From Candidatus Eiseniibacteriota bacterium (GTDB lineage: Bacteria > Eisenbacteria > RBG-16-71-46 > CAZAMP01), in assembly GCA_965224245.1 (NCBI GenBank), contig OZ245046.1:2048001-2112000 (forward strand): a DNA stretch of 64,000 nt. Reading direction: 5' to 3'. This document shows positions 22,219 to 31,172 of this stretch, piece by piece (positions within the stretch are counted from its first letter, which is position 1; every line of letters begins with the position of its first letter). The position numbers and the translations under genes are program-made. The notes beneath the pieces are model-generated. The model made no database searches. It was not told the DNA's origin and worked only from the letters and a program-made list of their open reading frames with translations.

Positions 22219-24915
22219 TCAGCGAATGACGACAAATCGTCCCACCTTCGTACCCTGCGACTCGGTCACCACGGTGTACAGGTAGACCCCGGCCACGATG
22301 TCCTGGCCGTTCCGGCTCACGAGGTTCCAGAAGGCGGTACCTCCGATGCCGTCGACCTCCTGGTCGATCGTCTGCACGAGATCGCCCGCGAGCGTGTAGA
22401 CCTTGATGATGTTCCGACCCTCGGGGAGGTTCGCAAACGCGATTCGCGTCCCCGTCGGATCGCTGTCGGAGGGGATGAGGTCCCAGCCCCACGGCAGGAC
22501 GGTGCGATCGCCCTGGATGTAGGGGTTGGGCACGACGTAGATCTCGTTCTTCGTGTCCTGCTTCGGCCAGGCCGGCGTCACCGCCTGGGATTCGCGTGCG
22601 GCCGGACGCCCGGAGAGCTCGAAGTGCCGGATCAGGGTGTCCCCTTCGCTCGAGACGTTGATGTCGTCCCAGGCGCTGAACGCGGTGACGTCGTAGAAAT
22701 ACAACATCCCGTTCTTGATGCCCTCCCGATCCTCGTAGCGATAGCGCCCGATCGGATACAGGTCGGCGAACTCCTGTCCCGCGGTGGTGTCGCCGGTGGC
22801 GATGCCGGTCTCCTCGGGCACCAGCGACGTGTTCAACAGGAAGTTGCGCTGCGGCCAGCAGAACTGCGGACACGCCTCGCACGGGTCGTCCGGGAGCACG
22901 CCATCGGGATCCTCGGGCTCCCAGTTGCCGAGATAGTCGCCGATGTTGAACTCGAACGGGATGAACTCCCCGGCCACCTTCGGCGCGGGCACCAGGCAGG
23001 TGTCCGGAGGCGAGTCCGGGTGCAGCACGTACTGCGAGATCAGCTGCCACTCTTCCGGCGCGGGCCCGGTGGAGCCCACCGGTCGCCGCCAGCCCTCGAC
23101 GCGCCAGATCCGGTAGCCCTCGAACAGGATGCGCCGCTGAATGGGATCGGCCTTCAGCTCCGAGAGGTTGTTCCACTCCAGAACGACCTTGCGGTCGCCA
23201 CCGGGCGCGGCCACCGCGATCCCCTCGGCCTCGGGGTCGGTGTTCATGATCGGTGGCGGCGGCGCGACGGTCCCGACCCAGTTGACGAGCGTCTCCGGAC
23301 CGGGGTCGCTCGAGGTGGAGAGCGGCGTGCAGTCGTCGCAGTCGTTGTTGACGTAGACGCTCGGTGCGCAGTAGCCCTCCCACGAGAACGCCTGGAAGTC
23401 ACCCGGGATCGAGTCGCACGGGTCGTCCCACAGCACGACACCGGAGTCCCCGGCCCCCGACGGACGTAGGCACAGCTCGCGTCCGGCGACGCCGGTGTTC
23501 TCGTTCTCGTCGGCGTCTCGCCAGGCGCCATCGAAGATCACCTGCGCCTGCACGGCGTTGTCCAGCATGCCGGCCTTGCCGTCCCCGATCACGAAGGCCG
23601 TCTGGAAGGTCAGGAACGTGTCGGCGGGCAGGGTCTTGAACGGTCCGGCCGAGATCACGTAGCGGTAGTCGGCCGGCTTCGGCGTGTCACGGGCCGGCAG
23701 ACCGCTGCCGGAGATCAGGTCGTAGCGCTCGACGTCGTTGCGCGGGTCGCCCTCGGGATACGGCTCGGAGCCCGAGAAGAAGGCCGCCCGGCGGATCGAC
23801 ACCTCCGCGGGTGCCTCGATGCCGGCCGGGTCGATCGTGTGCCCGAGGAACATGCCGCCGAAGTAGCCCGGCACGTCCCCGCCGCGTACCCCACCCTGCT
23901 CCTCGTTGATCTCCGAATCGGGCGTGTCGAAGATGTACGCGATGTCCACCGCCAGATTGCGCTCGCGGCACGCCTCGCCGATCGGCACGGTGTCGTCGAT
24001 CACGGTGGTGTCGATCGCGACGTAGCCACCCTTGTCGTCCACCCAGTAGCTCTGCTTGTCCTTCGGACCGGCGTCGCCATCCACGAAGAACGCAATGTAG
24101 ACGTCGTTCAGGGTCTCGTTTCCGATGTTCCACACCCTGAAGTCGAACCCGACGAACTCGTTGGCGCCGGTCGTGGCCCATGCGAACGAGCGCTGCTGCA
24201 CGAGCAGATCGAGGGGCACGTGGTCGGGCTCGGACTCCTGCGTAAACTCGGAGAGATCCCAGTACTGACACGAGAACATCTGCTGGCCGATGGCCTCGAA
24301 GTCCTCGTCGATGAACCCGTCGCCGTCGTCGTCGAATCCGTTCAGGAAGTCCTCGTCGATCGAGAGGTCCACGCCGCCGTTCCAGTCGTCGTTGGCTCCC
24401 GAGGTGCGGATGTCACCGATGTCCTCGCCGATGAAGTCCTGGGGTCCGGACGAGAACCCGATCCGGTTACCGCCGCTGATGCCCTCGAAGGCCTCGTAGA
24501 CGGTCCACTCCGGCTCGGCGGGGGGCAGGAACTCGAGGTCGTACACCGCCGTCGTGACGTGCGGAATGCCGTCCGAGCGCTTCGCCCCCACCCACAGCCC
24601 GGCCGCGTAGAGGTACTCGCCTCCGCGCCAGCCGGCCGAGAACGCATCGATGAAGAAGTTTCCGATCATACCCACGTTGGTGATCTGCAGCTGCAGAAGT
24701 CCCACGTTGTGGGTGAACACGTTCGGCGGTCGGATCGCGAACAGCGGCGCCGGTCCGCGATCGGCGAGCTCGTCCATGAGAGCGGGGAGATCGGTGAGCT
24801 CCCCTTTCGCCAGGGCTCCGGACGCGATCACGGCGCCCGACAGCGTGCCCAGCACGCCGAGCCGCAGCGCGCGGACGCCTCGCCCCGAACGAGACACGGT
24901 CTGTTTCATATCCAC
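22219..24915 (-). CDS. large secreted protein with a C-terminal T9SS type-A-like (CTD/FlgD-Ig) sorting domain
   Basis: N-terminal signal; DxDGDG acidic repeats; C-terminus IYVVPNPY...IKVYTLAGDLVQTI...WNLVSRNGQDIVAGVYLYTV...GRFVVIR. Confidence 0.75.
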   Translation of the reverse strand: MDMKQTVSRSGRGVRALRLGVLGTLSGAVIASGALAKGELTDLPALMDELADRGPAPLFAIRPPNVFTHNVGLLQLQITNVGMIGNFFIDAFSAGWRGGEYLYAAGLWVGAKRSDGIPHVTTAVYDLEFLPPAEPEWTVYEAFEGISGGNRIGFSSGPQDFIGEDIGDIRTSGANDDWNGGVDLSIDEDFLNGFDDDGDGFIDEDFEAIGQQMFSCQYWDLSEFTQESEPDHVPLDLLVQQRSFAWATTGANEFVGFDFRVWNIGNETLNDVYIAFFVDGDAGPKDKQSYWVDDKGGYVAIDTTVIDDTVPIGEACRERNLAVDIAYIFDTPDSEINEEQGGVRGGDVPGYFGGMFLGHTIDPAGIEAPAEVSIRRAAFFSGSEPYPEGDPRNDVERYDLISGSGLPARDTPKPADYRYVISAGPFKTLPADTFLTFQTAFVIGDGKAGMLDNAVQAQVIFDGAWRDADENENTGVAGRELCLRPSGAGDSGVVLWDDPCDSIPGDFQAFSWEGYCAPSVYVNNDCDDCTPLSTSSDPGPETLVNWVGTVAPPPPIMNTDPEAEGIAVAAPGGDRKVVLEWNNLSELKADPIQRRILFEGYRIWRVEGWRRPVGSTGPAPEEWQLISQYVLHPDSPPDTCLVPAPKVAGEFIPFEFNIGDYLGNWEPEDPDGVLPDDPCEACPQFCWPQRNFLLNTSLVPEETGIATGDTTAGQEFADLYPIGRYRYEDREGIKNGMLYFYDVTAFSAWDDINVSSEGDTLIRHFELSGRPAARESQAVTPAWPKQDTKNEIYVVPNPYIQGDRTVLPWGWDLIPSDSDPTGTRIAFANLPEGRNIIKVYTLAGDLVQTIDQEVDGIGGTAFWNLVSRNGQDIVAGVYLYTVVTESQGTKVGRFVVIR

Positions 24916-24977
24916 CTCACCGGACGTTGGAGACCCCTGCCGACGACTCGTGATGCGACGCGCTCCGGCCCGCCGCC

Positions 24978-27701
24978 TCAGAACGCGAGCGCCACGCCCA
25001 TGCGGACGTTGCGCCCATCCGCGAAGACGCGCGGATCGTTGAGGGGAACCCAGTCCTCGCTCCCGTCCCCGTCGATGTCCTCACCGAGATACGCGCCACC
25101 CGCGTTACCGGTCTCGGTGTAGTAGACGATGTACTCGAACCCATCCAGCCCCGGTGCCAGCGGCCAGTTCGTCGGTGTCGGATTCACGACGTTTCGCGAG
25201 TCCAGCACGTTGTTGGCCTGGACGAACACGCGGAAGGGCTGGTTCCAGACGTCGTAGTGCCGCTCGAACTGGAGATTCAGCCGGGCATCCGCCGGGAGGC
25301 GCCGCGAGTTGACGGTCTCCGGCTCGATGTCGCGCGTGTCACGCTCGCGCGGCGTGTACGGGAAGCCCGTGCCGAACGACCACACCCCACCGAGGCTCCA
25401 GTTTCCGGTCGGGTCCTGCACCGTGAACGACGCGTTGAAGCTGTGTCGCTGATCCCACGACAGCGGCTGCTCGGAGATCGGAAGGTAGCGGAACTCGAGC
25501 TCGTTGGCCGCGTTGGGATCCGACGCCACCCCCGACGCCACACCAAACGTGTACGAGAGCTCTCCGGTCAGGCCACCGGCGAACGCACGGCTGAGGCTGA
25601 CCTCGAAGCCGCGGGAGGACGCGTAGTCGCGGTTGATGTACTGATCCACGAGGCTCGCCGAGTTGGTCGCGCGCACGCTCTCGACCGACAGGAGGCCGAA
25701 GATGTCCTTGTAGTAGACCGAGAACTGCCCCTTCACCGACTCGGAGAACAGGTGCTGGATCGCCGCCTGGTAGGCGACCGTGTTCTCGTTTCCGAGGTTC
25801 GGGTTGCCACGCACGCGGTTGTCGGTGACGGTGCGGTTGTTGTAGAGATACTGCCGGTCGGGGAACTGGTAGTAGCGACCGTAGTGGAAGCTGAACACGT
25901 CGCGGTCCGAGATCGGGTAGGCGATGCCGATGCGCGGACTGATCTGCTGGGTGATCGTCTGGTCCACCTCGGACGGATCCACCTGATTGCCCACCGAGAA
26001 CGCGTCGTACCGGAACCCGATGTTGAGCACCATGCCCTCGTGCTCCCAGCGGTCCTGCACGTACAGGGCACCCTCGGGCTGATAGTAGTGGTAGCGATCC
26101 GTCACCCCGATCAGCCCCGAGCCCGAGTCCCGGAACAGGTACATCTGGGTGACCTGATGGAAGAAGAGGTCGTTGTACCGGAAGTCGAAGCCGGTCTCGA
26201 ACGTGTGATTCCGCCACCGGTGGGTCAGGTCGCTCTTGAACGAGTAGACCTTCGTCTTGCGGTCGGACCAGAGCGGGTAGTCGCCACCCCGGGCGAAGAA
26301 CGACGACTGCTCGCTGTTCTCGTAGTCGAAGTAGAGATCGCGTAGCGCATCGCCCTGGTACTCCCAGGGGTTCTGCCCGTTCACGCGCCGCGTGTCGTTG
26401 AAGGACTGACGCGCGGCCTTGAGCGAGTAGAAGGTGTTCCCGTCCCCGATGGTGTGGGTGAACGAGAGCTTCACCTGGTTGTACAGGTTCTGGTCGTTCG
26501 GCGTCCGCTCGAACGCGTTGTAGTACTCGTAGGAGTCATCCACGCGGAACGGCGACCACGGGCCGCGCCGCAGCCGGATCTGCGGGGGGCCGCCCCCACC
26601 GGTCTCGAGCGTGTCGAAGAACGTCTTGACGTAACCTTCCCAGCTCCAGTTGTGGTAGTAGTTGTCGCTGCGCGTGCGGTTGTTGATGATCTCCATGTTG
26701 AGCTTGTACGGGATGCCCGGACGCCACGTGAACTTCGACTGGAGTCGGATGTCGTTCACCTTCCGGTCGCCGACGGAGATGAAGTCGAGCACACGCGTGT
26801 GGTTGCGACGTTCCCGGGTGGCCGGATAGGCGTCCGACCACGACCCCTGCGCCGACACGAAGTAGTTCGCGTTGTCGATCGGAAGCGGCCCGCCCAGGCT
26901 GAACTGCACGCGGTCGTAGTTGTTGAACGTCTTGTCGGGGGCGCCGAAGTCGTCGGTCTCGTATCGGAGCTGACCGGCGACGTGGTCACCACCCTCCTTG
27001 GTCGTGTAGTTGATGACACCGGACTGGGCGTTGCCGTACTTCGCGTCCATGCCGCCCAGGATCACCTCGGCGTCCTCGACCGCGAACGTGCCGAGGCTCA
27101 CGCTGCCGCCCGAGAGCGGGTTGCGCACCGGCACGCCGTCGACCATGACCGCGACCTCGCCCGAACGACCGCCCCGGAAGAACAGCTCGCCGCCCTTGGC
27201 GACGACGCCGGCCTTCAACGCGATGGCGTCGGTGATCTCTTCGACGGGGAGCGACTGGATGTCGTCGGAGCTGACGCCGGTCTTGACCTGGGTGTCCTTC
27301 AGATCGATCAGCTCGGCCTTCTTGCCCTCGACGACGACCTCACCCAGCGTGCTCACGATGGACGGAACCATCACGAACCCGACGGTGGTCTCGCCGGACT
27401 CGTCGATGGTCACGCCGTCCTTCGTCATGGCCTCGTAGCCGATGTAGGTGGCCTTGACGCTGTAGGTGCCGCTCGGAACGCCGGCGATCGAGAACCGACC
27501 CTGGTCGTCGGTGATGCCGCCTCGTTCGGTTCCGATGACGCTGACGTTCGTGAAAGCGAGGGGCTGGCCCGTCTCCTTGTCGGTGACCGTGCCGACCAGG
27601 GTGCCGGCAAGCGCGGAGGTCACGACGCCGAGACCGAGAATGCACGAGGTCAGAACGAACAGCCAGAAGCCCGACCGCCCCCGATCAGGGTGGTCCAACA
27701 T
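24978..27701 (-). CDS. TonB-dependent receptor with an N-terminal carboxypeptidase-regulatory-like domain
   Basis: GTLVGTVTDKETGQPL...GTYSVKATYIGY; plug FRGGRSGEV...GGMDAKYGNAQSGVIN; SPRIGIAYPI; terminal Phe. Confidence 0.9.
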   Translation of the reverse strand: MLDHPDRGRSGFWLFVLTSCILGLGVVTSALAGTLVGTVTDKETGQPLAFTNVSVIGTERGGITDDQGRFSIAGVPSGTYSVKATYIGYEAMTKDGVTIDESGETTVGFVMVPSIVSTLGEVVVEGKKAELIDLKDTQVKTGVSSDDIQSLPVEEITDAIALKAGVVAKGGELFFRGGRSGEVAVMVDGVPVRNPLSGGSVSLGTFAVEDAEVILGGMDAKYGNAQSGVINYTTKEGGDHVAGQLRYETDDFGAPDKTFNNYDRVQFSLGGPLPIDNANYFVSAQGSWSDAYPATRERRNHTRVLDFISVGDRKVNDIRLQSKFTWRPGIPYKLNMEIINNRTRSDNYYHNWSWEGYVKTFFDTLETGGGGPPQIRLRRGPWSPFRVDDSYEYYNAFERTPNDQNLYNQVKLSFTHTIGDGNTFYSLKAARQSFNDTRRVNGQNPWEYQGDALRDLYFDYENSEQSSFFARGGDYPLWSDRKTKVYSFKSDLTHRWRNHTFETGFDFRYNDLFFHQVTQMYLFRDSGSGLIGVTDRYHYYQPEGALYVQDRWEHEGMVLNIGFRYDAFSVGNQVDPSEVDQTITQQISPRIGIAYPISDRDVFSFHYGRYYQFPDRQYLYNNRTVTDNRVRGNPNLGNENTVAYQAAIQHLFSESVKGQFSVYYKDIFGLLSVESVRATNSASLVDQYINRDYASSRGFEVSLSRAFAGGLTGELSYTFGVASGVASDPNAANELEFRYLPISEQPLSWDQRHSFNASFTVQDPTGNWSLGGVWSFGTGFPYTPRERDTRDIEPETVNSRRLPADARLNLQFERHYDVWNQPFRVFVQANNVLDSRNVVNPTPTNWPLAPGLDGFEYIVYYTETGNAGGAYLGEDIDGDGSEDWVPLNDPRVFADGRNVRMGVALAF

Positions 27702-27747
27702 CGGAACACGGTCCTTTCTCCCAGCCCCCGGAGTCTTGACGCTTCTC

Positions 27748-27777
27748 AAAGTACAGTCTCCTCCCCCGCGGTGTCAA
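27748..27777 (-). promoter_or_regulatory. putative promoter of the TBDR operon
   Basis: TTGACA-18 nt-TACTTT. Confidence 0.55.
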
Positions 27778-27870
27778 CGGCACGATCCCCACCGGCGCTC
27801 CGGTTGTTCGTCGGCAAATCGTGTCGTTTCTTTCGCTTAGCCGCTCGGCGCTCGGTATTGTGCATACCGG

Positions 27871-29367
27871 TCAGCGGAAGAGCGTCCGGCCGGCGAGCGT
27901 GAAGCTGGCCCCGTCCGTCTCGTCGAGCGGATCGGAGGGCACGGTCGTCTCTCCGTTGGTGATCCCGAACGCCAGGTCGATCATGAAGACGCCGCCGCGC
28001 GGCGCCCAGCCGAGGCCTGCCGAGTAACGGCGGCGCTCGGTCTCGATGTTGGTTGCACTGATGCGGTCGGCCTGGTCCCGCTTTGCCTGAGTCAGGACGA
28101 ACCCGCCGCGCACGATCAGATCGGAGACCCAGAAGTACTCGACGCCCGTTCGCAGCGTCGTGATCTCGTCGGTGGTGGTCGCGACGTTCTCGAAGGCCTC
28201 GGACGTGAGATCGCCGTTGGTGACGTTGAGCTCTCCGGTGACGAGCAGTCTGGCGTGTGGGTGCAGGCCGGCCCCGACCTTGAACGTCGTCGCGTCGAAC
28301 TCGTCGTTGGTGGTTCGCACGAAGCGTGACCAGGTCGGGTGCCCCGTCGCCTCGTACGTGCCCTTCTCGTAGAGGACCGACGCCCCGACCTCGACCCGCC
28401 GGCCCGCGCTCAGGAGCCAGCGCGTTCCGACCGTGGTCTGCTTGCGCTCCTCGGTCAGGATCGGGATGCGGAGGTTCAGATCGACTCCGGACGGGTTCAG
28501 GAAGAACTCGCGCGCCCACGAGATGCGCAGGATCTCTCCACCGTCGAGGAGGGAGCGGCTGACGAACGCGCCGCCCTGCAAGGCACCATCCCGCCCGTAG
28601 TACGTGGCCTGGGCTCCGAACTCGGTGATCGGACGATCCCAGGTGTATCGGTCGCGGTGCAGGCCGCTCGAGGAGACGCCGCTGACGCTGTTGCTCGAGA
28701 GCGACAGCGTGGCGCCCAGGTCGAGCTGGTCGTTCAGGAAGTAGACGACCCCGAACTTGTAGTCGAGCCGATCGGTCGCGTGCGCGATGGCCAGGGCGTC
28801 GCGTGCGGTGACGTCGTCGTCCTCGTTGAACGCGGACAGCGACACCCCCAGGACGGCCCTCTCGCCCAGCGCTTGATTGCCCACGACGCTGAACGTGGGG
28901 CCGCTGAACTTGTGGCGCTCGAAGTCGGTTCCCGAGCCACCCTCGACCGTGCCGCGGGTGAGGCCCCCTTCGACGCCGAGGGCCCGCTCGTAGCTGCGAA
29001 ACGAGATCTGGACCCCGCCCTCGGCGTTGGACCCGGACGACGGGATCGCGTTCGCGCGACGATTGACACTGCTGTTGGCCGCCCAGAAGTCGCCCGTCCA
29101 GGCGTCGCGGTCGACCAGAAAGCCGGCCACGTTGCGCCCGTAGTCCCACATGTTGATCTCGTCGGCCTCGTCCTGCACCGCCACCGAGACACCGCCCATC
29201 GCGTCCAGCCGGGCCGACGTATGGCTGAAGCGGTACGCGAGCTGCCAGTCGTCCAGAAAGCTCTCGGAGATCTGCGCGGCGGCGCGACCGGTCCACGCGA
29301 CCAGCATCGCCGCGCAAACGACGCTCCCCAAGGCCGCCGGCTTCCACACACCCATCCCTGTCGTCAC
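27871..29367 (-). CDS. outer-membrane beta-barrel protein of unknown function (FadL/PorV-like N-terminus)
   Basis: Signal peptide; SARLDAMGGVSVAV...NVAG; amphipathic beta-strands; ends LAGRTLFR. Confidence 0.65.
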   Translation of the reverse strand: MTTGMGVWKPAALGSVVCAAMLVAWTGRAAAQISESFLDDWQLAYRFSHTSARLDAMGGVSVAVQDEADEINMWDYGRNVAGFLVDRDAWTGDFWAANSSVNRRANAIPSSGSNAEGGVQISFRSYERALGVEGGLTRGTVEGGSGTDFERHKFSGPTFSVVGNQALGERAVLGVSLSAFNEDDDVTARDALAIAHATDRLDYKFGVVYFLNDQLDLGATLSLSSNSVSGVSSSGLHRDRYTWDRPITEFGAQATYYGRDGALQGGAFVSRSLLDGGEILRISWAREFFLNPSGVDLNLRIPILTEERKQTTVGTRWLLSAGRRVEVGASVLYEKGTYEATGHPTWSRFVRTTNDEFDATTFKVGAGLHPHARLLVTGELNVTNGDLTSEAFENVATTTDEITTLRTGVEYFWVSDLIVRGGFVLTQAKRDQADRISATNIETERRRYSAGLGWAPRGGVFMIDLAFGITNGETTVPSDPLDETDGASFTLAGRTLFR

Positions 29368-29370
29368 CTC

Positions 29371-30987
29371 TCACTCCTCCCGCGGCGGCGGCGGCTCGAC
29401 TCGGACCCGGACCGGGAGTGATCCCCAGCGCGGACCGCTCTCGGTCTGGTTGTCCCACAGCGCGATCGCGAACACGAAGTCGATCGCGCGATCCAGCGTC
29501 AGCTCGAAGTCGAAGTCCTGGATGTCGTTCCCGACCTCGTTCCCCTGGCCCCAGTCGGTGTAGAAGGACCGGGCCAGCTCGAGCGTCCACTTCCGCGTGA
29601 CGGGGTCGTACCCGCCGAACGCGCGGACGTCCAGTGCGTTGGTCAGGTGTGGCGGCGCTCCGTACTCGCCGCCGGCGCAGTTGCGCGGATCGTCGTCCTC
29701 GATCGGGAGCGGGCAGGCCGGCAGACAGAACGTGAACCGCTCGGGATCGGTGCCGTCCGCGTAGTCGTGGCCGAGCAGGTAGCCGGTCACGAAGTCGCCG
29801 GGCTGCCACAGGCGCCGCTGCTCGGGCTCCTTCGTCTCCCACAGGAACGGCACGTGATTCAGGATCTTGGGATCGGCGGGATTGGGCTCGAGGTACGCTC
29901 CCCGGACCGAGCCGCGGTGCAGCCACGGAAACGACATTCCCATGTTGACCTGCGTACAGGCCGAGTTGCCCGAGGTACCCGCGTTGGGATCGCTCGCGGG
30001 GTTCCAGCCGCGAAGCGGAATGCGATCCTCGGGATCGAGCGCGGTGTCGAAGTTCGGAATGTACAGCGCCGGGCCGTCGTCCAGCGTCATGGGCCCCGTG
30101 GTCGAGATGTACATGTCGTCGGCGTAGCCCGCGAAACCCTCCTGGGGATCGGCGTCACCCCCGATGTCGTTGATGTTGAACGTCTCGTGGAGCGGGTTGG
30201 TCCGGGACGCGCTCCAGAGCCACGCATCCAGGAAGCCCGAGGCCAGCGGACCGTATCCGGAGCCGTTCTTGATCGTCTCCATGCCGAACGCCCGGAACGA
30301 CCGGCCCTGAGCGTCCTCCGCGTCCCCGTCGCCGTGCACGAACAGGAGGAGGTCGTCGCCTCCGCGCTGCTCCCAGTCTTCGGGGTCGAGACGGTCGTTC
30401 TCACCGTAGAGCAGGACCTTGAGCGAGTCCTCGACCAGATCGGCGATCTCCGACTCGCTCGCATCGGGATAGAGCCCGCGGAAGTACGACTCGACGCGCG
30501 GCTCCGCGTTGGTGAGGTTGGGCCCGCGGTAGATCATCGCATCGCGGTATTGAGACGGCTCGACGTCGGACCACTGGAGAAGGAAGTACATGTTGCGCAG
30601 CGAGTACACCTCGTCGGCCGCGTTCCACTGCGCGGTGTAGGCCGCCTTCACCGCCACGAACTTCGAGGAGCCCGGATCGCCGAAACCGCTCTGCGGCGTG
30701 ACCTGGATGTAGGTGTACGGTCGAGCCTCGTCGTCGGGCGATCCCCACTCGAGGTTGTTGGCCTGACCGTCGAGGATGGGTATGCGTTGCTCCTCGACAG
30801 CCAGCTCGGAGTACTCCACGAAAGAGGCACGGACGACGAGGTCTTCCTCGATGACCTCGTCGATGTCGGACTGGCACGCGAGGGCACCCAGCGCGCCGAC
30901 GAGCGCGGCGGCTCGTGCCGCGCCGGCCGCCAGGTCGATGGATTGGTGACGCGTCGTGCCGGCGCGACCCCGAAAGGCGTTGTCCAT
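29371..30987 (-). CDS. lipoprotein with a DOMON-like (ethylbenzene-dehydrogenase gamma/CBM9-like) domain
   Basis: Lipobox LGALAC; ILDG..EW, VKAAY...MYFLLQWSD, DAWLWSASRTNP, GYADD, WTLELARSF and FAIALWDN. ATG at 30987. Confidence 0.6.
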   Translation of the reverse strand: MDNAFRGRAGTTRHQSIDLAAGAARAAALVGALGALACQSDIDEVIEEDLVVRASFVEYSELAVEEQRIPILDGQANNLEWGSPDDEARPYTYIQVTPQSGFGDPGSSKFVAVKAAYTAQWNAADEVYSLRNMYFLLQWSDVEPSQYRDAMIYRGPNLTNAEPRVESYFRGLYPDASESEIADLVEDSLKVLLYGENDRLDPEDWEQRGGDDLLLFVHGDGDAEDAQGRSFRAFGMETIKNGSGYGPLASGFLDAWLWSASRTNPLHETFNINDIGGDADPQEGFAGYADDMYISTTGPMTLDDGPALYIPNFDTALDPEDRIPLRGWNPASDPNAGTSGNSACTQVNMGMSFPWLHRGSVRGAYLEPNPADPKILNHVPFLWETKEPEQRRLWQPGDFVTGYLLGHDYADGTDPERFTFCLPACPLPIEDDDPRNCAGGEYGAPPHLTNALDVRAFGGYDPVTRKWTLELARSFYTDWGQGNEVGNDIQDFDFELTLDRAIDFVFAIALWDNQTESGPRWGSLPVRVRVEPPPPREE

Positions 30988-31075
30988 TGTGTTTCGCCGC
31001 TCCCCTAACCCCTGACCCTGACCCCTCGCGCCACTCGGGCGAGCGTCGCGTAGCACCCCGGTTTTCCAGCCCGTC

Positions 31076-31104
31076 ACGGTATCCGACGCGTTGATCGGTG
31101 TCAA
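31076..31104 (-). promoter_or_regulatory. putative promoter of the outer-membrane cassette
   Basis: TTGACA-17 nt-TACCGT. Confidence 0.5.
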
Positions 31105-31172
31105 GGCGACCGGAAGCGGCAACTCCTCGCCGGGAAAGGCTTTGAGGCTCACGAGACCGCTTCGGGGTCGAC

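Noticed and set aside
31051-31069. Possible sigma54 promoter (TGG...TGCT) upstream of the lipoprotein
   Set aside because: The GG-to-GC spacing is 11 nt instead of the required 10, and the TGGCAC context is missing.
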